A DNA stretch of 64,000 bases from assembly GCA_965237775.1 (NCBI GenBank), contig OZ250155.1:2718682-2782681 (forward strand), written 5' to 3'. The stretch comes from Dehalococcoidia bacterium. Its GTDB lineage: Bacteria > Chloroflexota > Dehalococcoidia > Lucifugimonadales > UBA3495. A model generated the notes under the pieces. The model did not search any database, was not told where the DNA came from, and saw nothing but the letters and a program-made list of their open reading frames with translations. Every line of letters starts with the position of its first letter. The stretch's first letter is position 1. Shown here piece after piece: positions 1 to 8,621 of the stretch. The position numbers were made by a program, and so were the translations under genes.

Positions 1-579
1 GCGCTGCCAGACTCGCTCGATTTGACCCCGGCGGAGCGTTACGTGGTCTGCCGCATCGTGCGCGCCGAGGGAGATCCGGACATCGCCCGCGACGTGCGCT
101 TCAGCACCGGAGCCGTCGAGCGGGGTCTGGGGGCCCTGAAGAAACCCGTCGATGTCGTCACCGATGTCCGCATGGTTGAGGTGGGTATCTCCAGATCATT
201 GCTCAACCGGCACGGGATATCGACGCACTGTATGATCGACACGCCATCGACCCACGAAAGGGCCCGGAGAGAAGGGACAACCCGCTCCGTGGCTGCTGTC
301 CGGGAACTTGCACCGCGAATGAACGGGGCGGTCGTGGCCATCGGCAACGCTCCCACAGCCTTGCTTGCCCTCCTCGACTTGGTCAGAAACGGGGGGGTCT
401 CCCCGGCGCTGGTCATCGGCATGCCGGTGGGGTTCGTCGCCTGCGCCGAGTCCAAGGAAGAGCTACTGGCGACCGAAGTTCCGTATATGAGTATAGTGGG
501 ACGTCGCGGAGGAAGCTCGGCGGCGGCGGCCACGGTCAATGCTCTGTTATCGCTAATGTCCGACGGAGCGACACAATGA
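1..579 (+). CDS. cbiC: Cobalt-precorrin-8 methylmutase CbiC/CobH, probably 5'-truncated by the window edge
   Basis: Frame 1 is open from nt 1, and the track ORF 22..579 begins at a TTG. It carries the AIGNAPTALLALLDL motif typical of CbiC/CobH and heads a cbi gene string. Confidence 0.85.
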   Translation, partial: ALPDSLDLTPAERYVVCRIVRAEGDPDIARDVRFSTGAVERGLGALKKPVDVVTDVRMVEVGISRSLLNRHGISTHCMIDTPSTHERARREGTTRSVAAVRELAPRMNGAVVAIGNAPTALLALLDLVRNGGVSPALVIGMPVGFVACAESKEELLATEVPYMSIVGRRGGSSAAAATVNALLSLMSDGATQ

Positions 580-1484
580 CACAAGAACGCCCCTCTCTGC
601 TGACTGGATCGACGGATATTGCTGGAGGCCCTTGGGGCGTCGTCCTGGTTGCCCACGGCAGCCAGCGAGGGGCCAGCTCCGCGGAGTGCTCTTGTTCTTG
701 GCGGATCCCGGAATCTGAAACGCCGGACTGGTGCATGAATTGCCCCAGCACTCCCCAGGGACTTAACGACGCAACTGCCCGGTTACAAGGAGCCCTTGGC
801 GCGGACCAAGCTCAGGTCCAGCTCTCCTGTCTTGAATTCATCGAACCCCGCCCAGACCAGACGATACACGACATGGCCGCCAAGGGGCTCCAACGTATGG
901 TTGTCATGCCATACCTTCTGGGTCAGGGAAAGCATGTTACCCTGGAAATGGACGAAGTTCTCGATGAGGCCCGTGCGGGGTTGCCCGGCGTGGACCTTCG
1001 CTTGGCCGACGTCCTGGGCGCGGACCCGCGGTTGGCAAGCGTAGTCGTGGAAAGGGTGCGTACCCTGGAGGCATCCACCGCAGCCGCGCCATTGCCAGGT
1101 GAGACCACTGGGGTCCTGGTGGTCAAGGCAGGCACCAAAAACCAATACGACGATTGTATCTGGCTCCACGAATTGGGGAAGACCGTGGAAGACATCCTGG
1201 GTCATGGTTACGCCGTGGCGGTTGCCCAGTCTCATTACGGGGACCCCACGATAGAAGCGGGGGCCGCCCAGCTTGTTGACGAACGGAGAGTCTCCCGGAT
1301 CGTCGTTGTCCCATACGTCTTCTTCCCGGGATTGATCCTGAAACGAAACGTTCTGGGAGGGTTGGACAGGTTGCAGGTCAAGTATCCAGGTATCTCCCTT
1401 GCCGTCACCCCTCCCCTGGGAGTTGACGACAGGGTAGTGGACGTGGCCGCCGACCGTGTCCGCCAAGTCTGGGGCCAGGCCTGA
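576..1484 (+). CDS. cbiX: Sirohydrochlorin cobaltochelatase, two-domain CbiX-long type, with a Cys-rich insertion
   Basis: The 302 aa show two CbiX-like halves: VLVAHGSQ...MPYLLGQGKH and VLVVKAGT...VVPYVFFPGLI. The start overlaps the cbiC stop (ATGA). It lies between cbiC and cbiD. Confidence 0.75.
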   Translation: MTQERPSLLTGSTDIAGGPWGVVLVAHGSQRGASSAECSCSWRIPESETPDWCMNCPSTPQGLNDATARLQGALGADQAQVQLSCLEFIEPRPDQTIHDMAAKGLQRMVVMPYLLGQGKHVTLEMDEVLDEARAGLPGVDLRLADVLGADPRLASVVVERVRTLEASTAAAPLPGETTGVLVVKAGTKNQYDDCIWLHELGKTVEDILGHGYAVAVAQSHYGDPTIEAGAAQLVDERRVSRIVVVPYVFFPGLILKRNVLGGLDRLQVKYPGISLAVTPPLGVDDRVVDVAADRVRQVWGQA

Positions 1485-1525
1485 TCGGAGACAGTAAGCC
1501 CTCGCCCCTATAGTATGAGAGCGAA

Positions 1526-2725
1526 ATGACCGACGAAGCGAACAATTCGGACCGTCCCGAGAGCGACTACAGCCGCCAGACCGTCCGGAGGCGTGGGATG
1601 CGCACCGGGTATACGACCGGTTCCACTGCGGCTGCGGCCACCAAAGCCGCCGCGCAGACCTTGCTCACCGGGGCGTCGGTAAGCGAAGTTACGATACCCC
1701 TGCCTATCGGCCAAGACGCCACGTTCGTAGTGCAGCGCACCGAACGGTCGGCGGACGGAAGCCAGGTCACCTGCACGGTACTCAAGGACGGAGGCGACGA
1801 TCCCGACGTTACCCACGGAGCCGAGATCTGCGCCACTGTATCCCTCGAATCCTCTCCCGCGGTCGCCAAGCCCATATCCGGCGGGGTTGGGGTCGGCACC
1901 GTAACCCGTCCGGGCACCGGGATTGACGTCGGAGACCCGGCGGTCACACGTGTTCCCTACCGGATGATCGTCCAATCGTTGGAAGATGCGGCGAGGGATT
2001 TCGGCACGCCAGAGGGCAAGAGCCTGGTCGTCGAAATATCCGTCCCCGAAGGTGTGGAAATCGCCAAGAAGACCACCAACAGCCGGCTGGGCATTCTGGA
2101 CGGCATTTCGATCCTTGGAAGCACCGGCGTCGTGCAGCCCTACTCAACCGCCGCTTGGCGGGCGAGCGTCCACCTGGCCATCGACGTGGCTGCCGCCAAC
2201 AGCCTCTCTCACTTGGTGTTGACTACCGGCACCCGAAGCGAAGAATTCTCCAAGCGGCGGCTCGACCTTCCGGAAATGGCCTATATCGAGGCGGGCATTT
2301 TCAGCGGGCATTCGATGAAGCGTTGCGTCATGAGGGAAGTTGGCCGGGCGACCCACGCGGGCATGGTGGGCAAGTTTTCCAAGATGGCCATGGGGTATTT
2401 CGTAACCCACGTGGCGGGGAATAGGGTGGACACGTCCTTCCTGGCCAGCCTTGCCGCCGAATGCGGGGCCTCGGCCAAAGTGCAAGAGGAAATCGTGGGA
2501 GCGGCCAGCGCCCGCCACTTCCAAGAAATCGCCCAGGAAAACGGCCTGCTCTCGGTATTCCCTCTGATGTGCCAACGGGTCTGCGAACAGAGCCGGATAT
2601 ACCTGGGCGGCGATGCGGACTCGCTCATCATAGACGCTTTATGTTTCGACTTCGACGGTACGCTCTTGGGTCAGGCGTCCACGTCGCCCGAGGGTATACC
2701 ATTGGTCGCCAACGCAAGCGCGTGA
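1526..2725 (+). CDS. cbiD: Cobalt-precorrin-5B (C1)-methyltransferase CbiD
   Basis: 399 aa with an N-terminal RTGYTTGSTAAAATKAA motif characteristic of CbiD, in cbi context. Confidence 0.9.
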   Translation: MTDEANNSDRPESDYSRQTVRRRGMRTGYTTGSTAAAATKAAAQTLLTGASVSEVTIPLPIGQDATFVVQRTERSADGSQVTCTVLKDGGDDPDVTHGAEICATVSLESSPAVAKPISGGVGVGTVTRPGTGIDVGDPAVTRVPYRMIVQSLEDAARDFGTPEGKSLVVEISVPEGVEIAKKTTNSRLGILDGISILGSTGVVQPYSTAAWRASVHLAIDVAAANSLSHLVLTTGTRSEEFSKRRLDLPEMAYIEAGIFSGHSMKRCVMREVGRATHAGMVGKFSKMAMGYFVTHVAGNRVDTSFLASLAAECGASAKVQEEIVGAASARHFQEIAQENGLLSVFPLMCQRVCEQSRIYLGGDADSLIIDALCFDFDGTLLGQASTSPEGIPLVANASA

Positions 2726-2728
2726 CCA

Positions 2729-3358
2729 TTGTGTGCGACCCTGATGGTTGAAACGGGGCACTCCAAGACGTTTCGCTCCTTGGGCCTATTCGACGAAGAC
2801 TTCGAGCAGAGACGTCCACTCCGGGGGCAGATAACCAAGCGCGAAGTCCGAGCCGTGACCCTTTACTCCCTGGGCCTACGCCCGGGGAGCACGGTCTGGG
2901 ACATCGGCGCCGGCACCGGTTCGGTGTCGGTGGAAGCGGGGTTGGTAGCCCACCAGGGAACCGTGTACGCTGTTGAGCGCGACGAAGAGAGCCTGCCTCT
3001 CCTCCGAAGCAACTTGGAGCGGTGGGGAAGCGGGAATGTGTGCGTCGTTCCGGGGGAAGCCCCAGAAGCGCTGACCCAGTTGCCAGACCCGGACGCTGTG
3101 TTCGTGGGCGGAAGCGGCGGCAACCTGGCCCGGATTTTGGAGGTTGCGGCGGAACGCCTGGCGCCCCATGGGCGGATTGTGGCAAACTTGGCTGCGCTGG
3201 AGCGGACACAAGAGGTCTACAAGAAATTGAAGATTCTGGGATTTCAGGCGGACGTGGTCATGGTCAATGCGGCGCGAGGGAAGGAACTGCCCGATGGCAG
3301 CCTGCGTCTAGAATCTTTGAACCCTGTGTTCGTCGTGACCGGGAGGCGGGAGGAATAA
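2729..3358 (+). CDS. cbiT: Cobalt-precorrin-6B C15-methyltransferase (decarboxylating) CbiT
   Basis: ITKREVRAVTLYSLGLRPGSTVWDIGAGTGSVSVEA is a SAM-binding motif of CbiT type. The track start is non-ATG; an alternative ATG lies at 2744. Confidence 0.85.
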   Translation: MCATLMVETGHSKTFRSLGLFDEDFEQRRPLRGQITKREVRAVTLYSLGLRPGSTVWDIGAGTGSVSVEAGLVAHQGTVYAVERDEESLPLLRSNLERWGSGNVCVVPGEAPEALTQLPDPDAVFVGGSGGNLARILEVAAERLAPHGRIVANLAALERTQEVYKKLKILGFQADVVMVNAARGKELPDGSLRLESLNPVFVVTGRREE

Positions 3359-3362
3359 CCGA

Positions 3363-4088
3363 ATGACTACGGGACAGTCAACCACCAGGTATGGCTGCCT
3401 CTACGGGGTCGGAGTCGGCCCTGGAGACCCGGAACTGGTGACCTTGAAGGCGATGCGGGTCCTGCAAGAGGTGCCGATTATCTGCGTGCCCCAGGCCGAG
3501 ACCAGTCAGGACAGCTACGCGCTGGAGATCGTCCGCTCCTACCTGGACCAGGACAAACAAGAGATACTGCGCCTCACATTCCCCACCGACGATGCCGAAG
3601 CAGCCGGAGAGGTCTGGCGCGGCGCGGCGGACCAAATAGGCGAACGACTGTCCCGGTCCCAGGACGTGGCCTTCATCACCGAAGGCGACCCGATGCTTTA
3701 CAGCACGTTTTCCTACGTGCTGGACGCCGTATGCCAACACTACCCGGACGCCCGCATAGAGATCGTTCCCGGTGTGTCCTCGGTTATGGCCGCCGCCGCC
3801 AGCTCCGGCGTCCCTTTGGTCACTCACGGACAACGGCTAGCCATCCTTCCCGCGGTCTACGGTATCGACGACCTCTCCGAAGCGATCGCCAACTACGACA
3901 CCATCGTCCTAATGAAGGTGAACCGCACCCTCCTCCAAGCCCTGGCCAATCTTGAACAACTGGGACTGGCAGGAAAGGGCATCTACGTCCGCAGGGCATC
4001 CACCGCCAGGGAAGAAGTCGTCCGCGACCTATCGACTTTGTCCGAAGAGGACCTTGACTACTTCTCCCTTCTAATCATCAAGAGGTAA
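3363..4088 (+). CDS. cbiL: Cobalt-precorrin-2 C20-methyltransferase CbiL/CobI
   Basis: 241 aa with LYGVGVGPGDPELVTLKA, the tetrapyrrole methylase signature. Size and position fit CbiL. Confidence 0.85.
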   Translation: MTTGQSTTRYGCLYGVGVGPGDPELVTLKAMRVLQEVPIICVPQAETSQDSYALEIVRSYLDQDKQEILRLTFPTDDAEAAGEVWRGAADQIGERLSRSQDVAFITEGDPMLYSTFSYVLDAVCQHYPDARIEIVPGVSSVMAAAASSGVPLVTHGQRLAILPAVYGIDDLSEAIANYDTIVLMKVNRTLLQALANLEQLGLAGKGIYVRRASTAREEVVRDLSTLSEEDLDYFSLLIIKR

Positions 4089-4092
4089 CACC

Positions 4093-4902
4093 ATGGTTGT
4101 AGCAACCGGCAAAGTTTATATCGTAGGGGGCGGTCCGGGAGACCCGGAACTGCTGACCCTCAAGGCAAAGTCCGTCATCGAAATGGCCGACGTGGTCATC
4201 TACGCCGATTCGTTGGTCCATCCGTCCATAGTCGAATTCGCAAAGCCCGGCGCGGAGGTCCACGGCAGCAAGACCCTCAGCTTGCCCGAGATCATGGACC
4301 TGACACTGGAATCAGTCCGTCAGGGGAAGACGGTTGCCCGCGTCCAGAGCGGCGACCCATCGGTCTACGGGGCAATCCTGGAACAGTTGCGAGTGTTGGA
4401 AGCGGAAGGCGTGGACTTCGAGATCATTCCGGGAGTTAGCGCGGCCTTCGCCGCCGCGGCCCGGCTCAAGACCGAACTCACGGTCCCCGATGTCTCCCAA
4501 ACCGTCATAATGACCCGTTTCGAGGGCAGGGTGTCGATGCCTCCCGGAGAACAGCTCCAGGACCTGGCGGCCCACGGTTGTACCCTGGTGATCTTTCTCA
4601 GCATAACCCGGATGTTCACCATAGTCCGCCATCTGTTGGAGGCCGGCTACCATGAGAACACACCCGTGGCCGTGGTCTATCGAGTCGGTTGGCCCGAAGA
4701 ACAGATCATCCGTGGCGACCTTACGGACATCGTGGCGAAAGTCCGAGATGCCAAGATCACCCTCCAGGCCATGATCATGGTTGGCAAAGCATTCGACCCG
4801 AACCTGCTGCGCACCGAGCCCGACGCCGAAGACGGGTTCTCATCTTCCCACCTCTACTCCAGCGAATACACCCACCTGTATCGCCGCGCACAGGCCGGGT
4901 AG
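4093..4902 (+). CDS. cbiF: Cobalt-precorrin-4 C11-methyltransferase CbiF/CobM
   Basis: VYIVGGGPGDPELLTLKA...ADVVIYADSLV is the classic CbiF/CobM N-terminus. Confidence 0.9.
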   Translation: MVVATGKVYIVGGGPGDPELLTLKAKSVIEMADVVIYADSLVHPSIVEFAKPGAEVHGSKTLSLPEIMDLTLESVRQGKTVARVQSGDPSVYGAILEQLRVLEAEGVDFEIIPGVSAAFAAAARLKTELTVPDVSQTVIMTRFEGRVSMPPGEQLQDLAAHGCTLVIFLSITRMFTIVRHLLEAGYHENTPVAVVYRVGWPEEQIIRGDLTDIVAKVRDAKITLQAMIMVGKAFDPNLLRTEPDAEDGFSSSHLYSSEYTHLYRRAQAG

Positions 4903-4959
4903 CGTCCTCTTCAGGCGTCCGGTGAGGGTAGAGGAAGGGAGACCAGAGAGGGACCGGCG

Positions 4960-6123
4960 ATGAGAAACACCGCCATCGTCGCTATATCGCGAAACGGCGC
5001 CCATCTGGGTCGGCTTATTGCGTCCGCGATGGCTCCGGACGTGACCCTGTACATGGACCGGCGGTTCATCGTTTCCGGGGATCGGGCCCTCCCCTTCGAT
5101 CTGCCCGCTCGCCCCATAGTCCAGCAAGCGTTCCAGGACTATGAGTCCCTGATATTGCTCATGCCCGTGGGGGCTGCGATCCGGTTGCTCGCTCCCCGGT
5201 TGGCGGACAAGCATCTGGACGCTGGGGTGGTCTGTATCGACGACGCGGGTAAATTCGCCGTCAGCCTGTTGTCCGGCCACGTTGGGGGCGCGGACCGGTT
5301 GGCGGAACGCGTAGCCTCCATCATCGGGGCGACCCCCGTGATCACATCGGCCTCTCATACGGCGGGCACCCTTGCCGTGGACCTATTGGGACAGGACATG
5401 GGTTGGAGGATCGAAGCTAATTCCACAACGGTTACCAGGGCCAGTGCGGCGGTAGTCAACGGAGACCAGGTAGGCGTCTACCAGGACGCCGGTGAAAGGG
5501 ACTGGTGGCCTTCCGGTCAGCCCCTGCCGGATAACATAGCGCTTTTCGGGTCCCTTGACGACCTCGCGTCCTCGACCTGCGCAGCCTCGTTGGTAATCAC
5601 CGACCGCCTGCGTCCCGGAGAGGGGTCCGGACCTGGCTTTCCCGAGTTCCTTTCAGGCAAGGCCGCGGTAGTGTACCGTCCCCGGAGTCTGGTCATAGGG
5701 ATGGGCTGCCGCCGGGGTGTGCCTCTGGAGGAGTTGGAAGCGCTGCTCGATGAGACCTTGGGGCAAAATAATCTCTCCCGGCAGAGTGCAAATTGCATCG
5801 CAACCGCCGATCTCAAAAGCGATGAGGTTGGAATCCTCCTCCTTGCCGAGAGGCTGGGCGTCGAGGTCCAGTGCTACAGCGCCGAGGAGCTGAACTCAGT
5901 TTTCGAGGCCGATGAATCCGGACTGCCTGGCCAAGCAGCACACGGAGCGGACGCGGAGGCGTTCATCAGACCGACACCTTCCCCGGTCGCGCACCGGCTG
6001 ATCGGGGTATGGGGTGTTTCGGAACCCGGCGCATTGCTGGCGTCGGGCGCCAGAGGGTTGCTGGTCACCCGGCAGAAGACCCAAAGGGCAACCATTGCCA
6101 TAGCCCGGATCGAGCCGGCCTGA
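4960..6123 (+). CDS. cbiG: Cobalt-precorrin-5A hydrolase CbiG
   Basis: 387 aa multi-domain protein. The C-terminal GVWGVSEPGALLASG resembles the conserved CbiG C-domain. It lies between cbiF and cbiH. Confidence 0.85.
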   Translation: MRNTAIVAISRNGAHLGRLIASAMAPDVTLYMDRRFIVSGDRALPFDLPARPIVQQAFQDYESLILLMPVGAAIRLLAPRLADKHLDAGVVCIDDAGKFAVSLLSGHVGGADRLAERVASIIGATPVITSASHTAGTLAVDLLGQDMGWRIEANSTTVTRASAAVVNGDQVGVYQDAGERDWWPSGQPLPDNIALFGSLDDLASSTCAASLVITDRLRPGEGSGPGFPEFLSGKAAVVYRPRSLVIGMGCRRGVPLEELEALLDETLGQNNLSRQSANCIATADLKSDEVGILLLAERLGVEVQCYSAEELNSVFEADESGLPGQAAHGADAEAFIRPTPSPVAHRLIGVWGVSEPGALLASGARGLLVTRQKTQRATIAIARIEPA

Positions 6124-6234
6124 CCTTCGGCAGTTCTAAACAGGTATCAATCCGGTGGGAATTCGTCCTTTCTGGCGAAGCCAGATGCGTCTACCTCCTA
6201 GCGCATTGACTGCATCTGCGGCTAAACTGTATCC

Positions 6235-7029
6235 ATGAGCGTATCTAAATCCGGCAAACTCTATCTGGTGGGTATCGGACCAGGGGATGAGAAATTCCTC
6301 ACCCCAGGGGCGGTGGCCGCACTCCAACAATGCGACACGGTGATCGGCTACCGGCTGTATATCCAACAGGTGGAATACCTCCTATCCGGCAAAGAGCAAA
6401 TCGCCATGGACCTGGGGCAGGAGATGGAACGGGCGTCCCGGGCCGTAGAATTGGCGTCCGCGGGCCGCATAGTCGGGGTCATCTCTTCCGGAGACGCCGG
6501 GATTTACGGAATGTCCGGCCCAGTGTTTCTGGCTCTCTCCGAGGTTGGCTGGGACGGTCAGAACCCCCAGGTCGAGACGGTCCCGGGGGTCTCAGCGATG
6601 CAGGCCGCGGCGGCCCTCCTTGGCGCTCCGCTGATGCAAGATTTCTGCGCCATCAGCCTGAGCAACCTTCTGACACCCTGGGAGGCCATCGAACGGCGAT
6701 TGCAGGCCGCGGCCCAAGGAGACTTCGTGGTCGCTCTTTACAATCCCCGCAGCAGACGCCGCGACTGGCAACTATTGGAAGCACGGCGAATCATGATGGA
6801 ACACCGGCCGGGCACGACCCCCGTGGGAATTGTACGGGAGGCGTACCGGCCCGGACAAAAGGTGACGATCACCGACCTGGAACACCTCGAAGAGCAAGCC
6901 GGTTCGGTGGACATGGTGACCACCGTATTGATTGGGAATTCCACGACCTACACCCACGCCGGACTAATGGCTACACCCAGGGGGTACGAAGAGAAAAGGA
7001 GGTCGAATGGACCCTCCCAAGGGCCATAG
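6235..7029 (+). CDS. cbiH: Cobalt-precorrin-3B C17-methyltransferase CbiH/CobJ
   Basis: GKLYLVGIGPGDEKFLTPGA...CDTVIGYRLYI is the tetrapyrrole methylase signature of CbiH type. Confidence 0.9.
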   Translation: MSVSKSGKLYLVGIGPGDEKFLTPGAVAALQQCDTVIGYRLYIQQVEYLLSGKEQIAMDLGQEMERASRAVELASAGRIVGVISSGDAGIYGMSGPVFLALSEVGWDGQNPQVETVPGVSAMQAAAALLGAPLMQDFCAISLSNLLTPWEAIERRLQAAAQGDFVVALYNPRSRRRDWQLLEARRIMMEHRPGTTPVGIVREAYRPGQKVTITDLEHLEEQAGSVDMVTTVLIGNSTTYTHAGLMATPRGYEEKRRSNGPSQGP

Positions 7030-7113
7030 TAACCCTCCGGCAACTCGCGGTATGATACCATTGGCTAAAGGGCCTAATCGACGGTAAAGACAAGATATAG
7101 TGGAGCGAAGAAG

Positions 7114-7377
7114 ATGAAGAAAAAGGGAAACTTCTTGACGGGCCTCATCGCCGGGGTGGCCGCCGGCGCCACGGCTGCTTTGCTGCTCACTCCCAAAAAA
7201 GGACAAGAAGCTAGAGAAATAATCACCGACCGCGCCAGTGACATCCGCGGAAGGGCCAGCGGCCCGATATCTTCCTTGCGTGACCGCGCCCGTAGGGTCA
7301 GGAACCGGGCTGGAGGAAACGAGTCCTCGGAAGAGGAGTCCAACGGGTCCGCGAACGGATCCACCGAGAACGAATAA
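7114..7377 (+). CDS. YtxH-like small membrane-anchored stress protein
   Basis: 87 aa. The N-terminus MKKKGNFLTGLIAGVAAGATAALLLTPKKGQEARE matches the YtxH pattern: a helix anchor followed by a charged, disordered tail. Confidence 0.6.
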   Translation: MKKKGNFLTGLIAGVAAGATAALLLTPKKGQEAREIITDRASDIRGRASGPISSLRDRARRVRNRAGGNESSEEESNGSANGSTENE

Positions 7378-7380
7378 ACC

Positions 7381-7425
7381 GCGCCCGATTCCCCGGTTTT
7401 GGCGACCCATACCCGGGCGCTTTTT
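7381..7425 (+). terminator. Possible intrinsic terminator after the ytxH-like gene
   Basis: GCGCCCG ... CGGGCGC stem followed by TTTTT. The loop is unusually long, so this is only tentative. Confidence 0.35.
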
Positions 7426-7670
7426 GGGCTTTCCCCTGGTCTCGGCACAAATGTACCCCCTGACGGAAACACAATACGAGGCCTTTCCCACGTCGCGACC
7501 GAGCGCTATTGGAATTGTGACTTTAGGGTCTTGCGCTCCAAACTGCGGGGAAGGCCTCCTCGTGTCAGTGTGAATCCGGAATAGTTCAATCAGTCGTAGA
7601 TTCTGTCGAAAGAACCGTCTCTTTCCCGCAGAGATGCTAACGACTATATGATATTGCCCCGGAGTGTCCC

Positions 7671-8621
7671 ATGATCCAAGCTGATGGGATCTGCAAGGCA
7701 TACGGCCCCATTCAGGCCCTTCAAGACGTCTCCTTTCAGGTGGAAGCGGGCGAAGTCGTCGGGCTATTGGGACCCAACGGCGCAGGCAAATCGACGTTGA
7801 TGAAGGTCCTAACCGGCCTCCTCCAACCTGACGCCGGGCAGGCGTACATCGACAATCTGGACGTCGTATCCGACACCCTCGCCGTCCAGAAGCGCATCGG
7901 CTACCTGCCCGAGAGCGCCCCCCTTTACCCGGAAATGTCGGTCCAGACCCACTTGAACATGGTCGCCGACCTGCGTCAGGTCCCCAAGAGCGAGAGAAGG
8001 ACGCTCGTATCTCAAGCGGTGAGAGCCACCTCGTTGGAGGACCATTTGGCCAGGCCCGTCGGTCAGTTGAGCAAGGGCTACCGCCAGCGCGTAGGTCTCG
8101 CGCAGACCATCCTACATAACCCTATGGTGCTAATCCTCGACGAGCCTACCGCGGGCCTGGACCCCATTCAGATCGTCGAGGTGCGCCACCTGGTCCGCAG
8201 GTTGGCCAAACAGAGCACAGTATTGCTATCCACCCACATACTCTCCGAGGTGGAGGCGGTCTGCGACCGCGTTATCATCCTGCTGAACGGACAGATCAAG
8301 GCCGACGCCAGGTTGTCGGAATTGTCGTCTCTGTCAGCCACAATCCTCGTGCTCCAGCCCGAGTCAGACGACGTTGCCTCGGACCTCTGGGAGCTTCCTG
8401 GAGTGCAGGCCGTGGACTCCCGGCAGACCGCTGACGGAGAGGAGTACAGGCTGATGGGCGGTGAAGAGAACCTCCGCACCGCGATTTACGATCTGGCCCG
8501 GAGGCGCAACTGGCCGTTGCAAGAGCTGAGAAGGGAAGTGCGCACGCTGGAGACGGTCTTCAATGATCTGGTCTCAGAGGGCGGCATCGACCTGGGCGAG
8601 GAGACCGGGACCGTTCAGTGA
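7671..8621 (+). CDS. ABC transporter ATP-binding protein (ABC-2 / GldA-like)
   Basis: Walker A GPNGAGKST, signature LSKGYRQR, Walker B LILDEPTAGLD. Confidence 0.9.
   Translation: MIQADGICKAYGPIQALQDVSFQVEAGEVVGLLGPNGAGKSTLMKVLTGLLQPDAGQAYIDNLDVVSDTLAVQKRIGYLPESAPLYPEMSVQTHLNMVADLRQVPKSERRTLVSQAVRATSLEDHLARPVGQLSKGYRQRVGLAQTILHNPMVLILDEPTAGLDPIQIVEVRHLVRRLAKQSTVLLSTHILSEVEAVCDRVIILLNGQIKADARLSELSSLSATILVLQPESDDVASDLWELPGVQAVDSRQTADGEEYRLMGGEENLRTAIYDLARRRNWPLQELRREVRTLETVFNDLVSEGGIDLGEETGTVQ

Noticed and set aside
39-1466. Long antisense or alternative-frame ORFs overlapping cbiC and cbiX (39..656-, 783..1466-). Many similar ones occur elsewhere: 16263..16877-, 17781..18533-, 20584..21180-, 30694..31446+, 33001..33720+, 40032..40769-, 40310..41062+, 46580..47389+ and 47013..47738-.
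   Set aside because: These are typical shadow ORFs of GC-rich DNA. Their translations are Arg/Pro/Gly/Ala-rich low-complexity strings with no motifs, and each lies inside a gene with strong family signatures on the other strand or frame.
6124-6234. Possible cobalamin riboswitch in the cbiG-cbiH spacer (contains CCGGTGGGAATTCG, vaguely like the GGTG..AAtCC segment).
   Set aside because: The spacer is only ~110 nt. It lacks a B12 box and the other conserved helices, and it lies inside an operon rather than at its head.
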